Positions 47,197-47,809 of a stretch of DNA of 47,809 nt are shown piece by piece. Position numbers and translations under genes: made by a program. This DNA comes from Myxococcota bacterium. Its GTDB lineage: Bacteria; Myxococcota; UBA4151. The stretch is from the NCBI GenBank assembly GCA_040260805.1, contig JBDQPD010000010.1, forward strand, positions 1 to 47,809, given 5' to 3'. The notes beneath the pieces are model-generated. The model searched no databases. It had not been told where the DNA came from and saw only the letters and a list, made by a program, of their open reading frames with translations. The stretch's first letter is position 1, and the number at the start of each line of letters is the position of its first letter.

Positions 47197-47809
47197 TGAT
47201 CTTCCTCCTAATCGCCGCTTCCATCATGCAAGGCCCAACGCAGCGAGGTGAGCGATCAAGTTCGACCTTAAGAGCAGATCACGGCGAGCAATTCCCCCTG
47301 GATTCCGAGCTCTTTGACGGCTCCGATTGGGAGGGTATTTTAGGTCAAAGCCTAGCCCTAACCATCACCAGAAACGCATCACTTATGGCGCCTCTGGATC
47401 TGTCCTGGAGGGGCGCAAGAACACAACAAGTACAATGGAGTATCGATGGCGTACCGCTGGGTGGTGTGCTCGGCGGAAGCGCTGGCGTTCGAAGCATCGA
47501 CCCTCATTTGTTTGGTGGCTTGACGGCGTTTTCATCAAGCGGCGCATCACTCGACGCACCGATCGCTGGAGAGATGGCTTTAAAGACCACACAAAAAGGG
47601 CATCGACTTGCCCTAAAATGGGACCAGATCAACCAAAGAAGCGCTCACCTTAGCAGTCGCTACGGTGGTCGCAGCCTCAGTCTAGCCATCCATCAAACGC
47701 CGGGCATCTTTAGGTATCTCGACTCTCGTGGAACCGCGCGAGATGCGAGCGACGATCAATGGGTTAGACGCTCAAATAATGACGCTAGACGCGCTGGAAT
47801 TTTATGGAG
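47196..47809 (+). CDS. TonB-dependent receptor (BtuB-like), N-terminal plug region, 3' truncated
   Basis: Not in the ORF track. Frame is open from ATG 47196 (TGATG overlap) to the window end: MIFLLIAAS..., plug-like LSWRGARTQQVQWSIDGVPL...IAGEMALKT, then FRYLDSRGT..SDD....RSNND. Confidence 0.75.
   Translation, partial: MIFLLIAASIMQGPTQRGERSSSTLRADHGEQFPLDSELFDGSDWEGILGQSLALTITRNASLMAPLDLSWRGARTQQVQWSIDGVPLGGVLGGSAGVRSIDPHLFGGLTAFSSSGASLDAPIAGEMALKTTQKGHRLALKWDQINQRSAHLSSRYGGRSLSLAIHQTPGIFRYLDSRGTARDASDDQWVRRSNNDARRAGILW

Noticed and set aside
47327..47653. 108-aa basic ORF
   Set aside because: Lies out of frame within the TonB-receptor reading frame.
1..47809. Apparent abundance of CTCGAG, CGATCG and CTAG words
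   Set aside because: Impression only; cannot be quantified without a k-mer model and may follow from codon usage.

Overview
A very compact, mostly housekeeping bacterial region. Its protein repertoire (MYXO-CTERM-like tail, Cys-rich lipoproteins, giant metzincin lipoprotein) suggests Myxococcota or a related deltaproteobacterial lineage; this is inference. About 41 CDSs are supported, including PMM/PGM, ROK kinase, pepP, mnmG, mnmE, trxB, tcdA, TatD, folE-like, holB, rlmB, pyrF, TusA, PhoX, recF and ligA, plus many envelope proteins. No rRNA, tRNA, CRISPR array or mobile element was recognised. The main points of interest are: (1) a cobalamin riboswitch with an RBS-sequestering hairpin, upstream of an unrecognised two-repeat lipoprotein, a surface lipoprotein and a TonB-dependent receptor missing from the ORF track, together a candidate B12-capture system; (2) a transglutaminase-elicitor-like gene split by one in-frame TAA; (3) a ~150-nt rod-like structured RNA candidate upstream of ligA; (4) a probable CTG start codon; (5) an internal RBS in an MFS-HEAT-cNMP fusion; and (6) a secreted subtilase wedged between mnmG and mnmE. 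All family calls come from reading motifs by eye; no database search was run.
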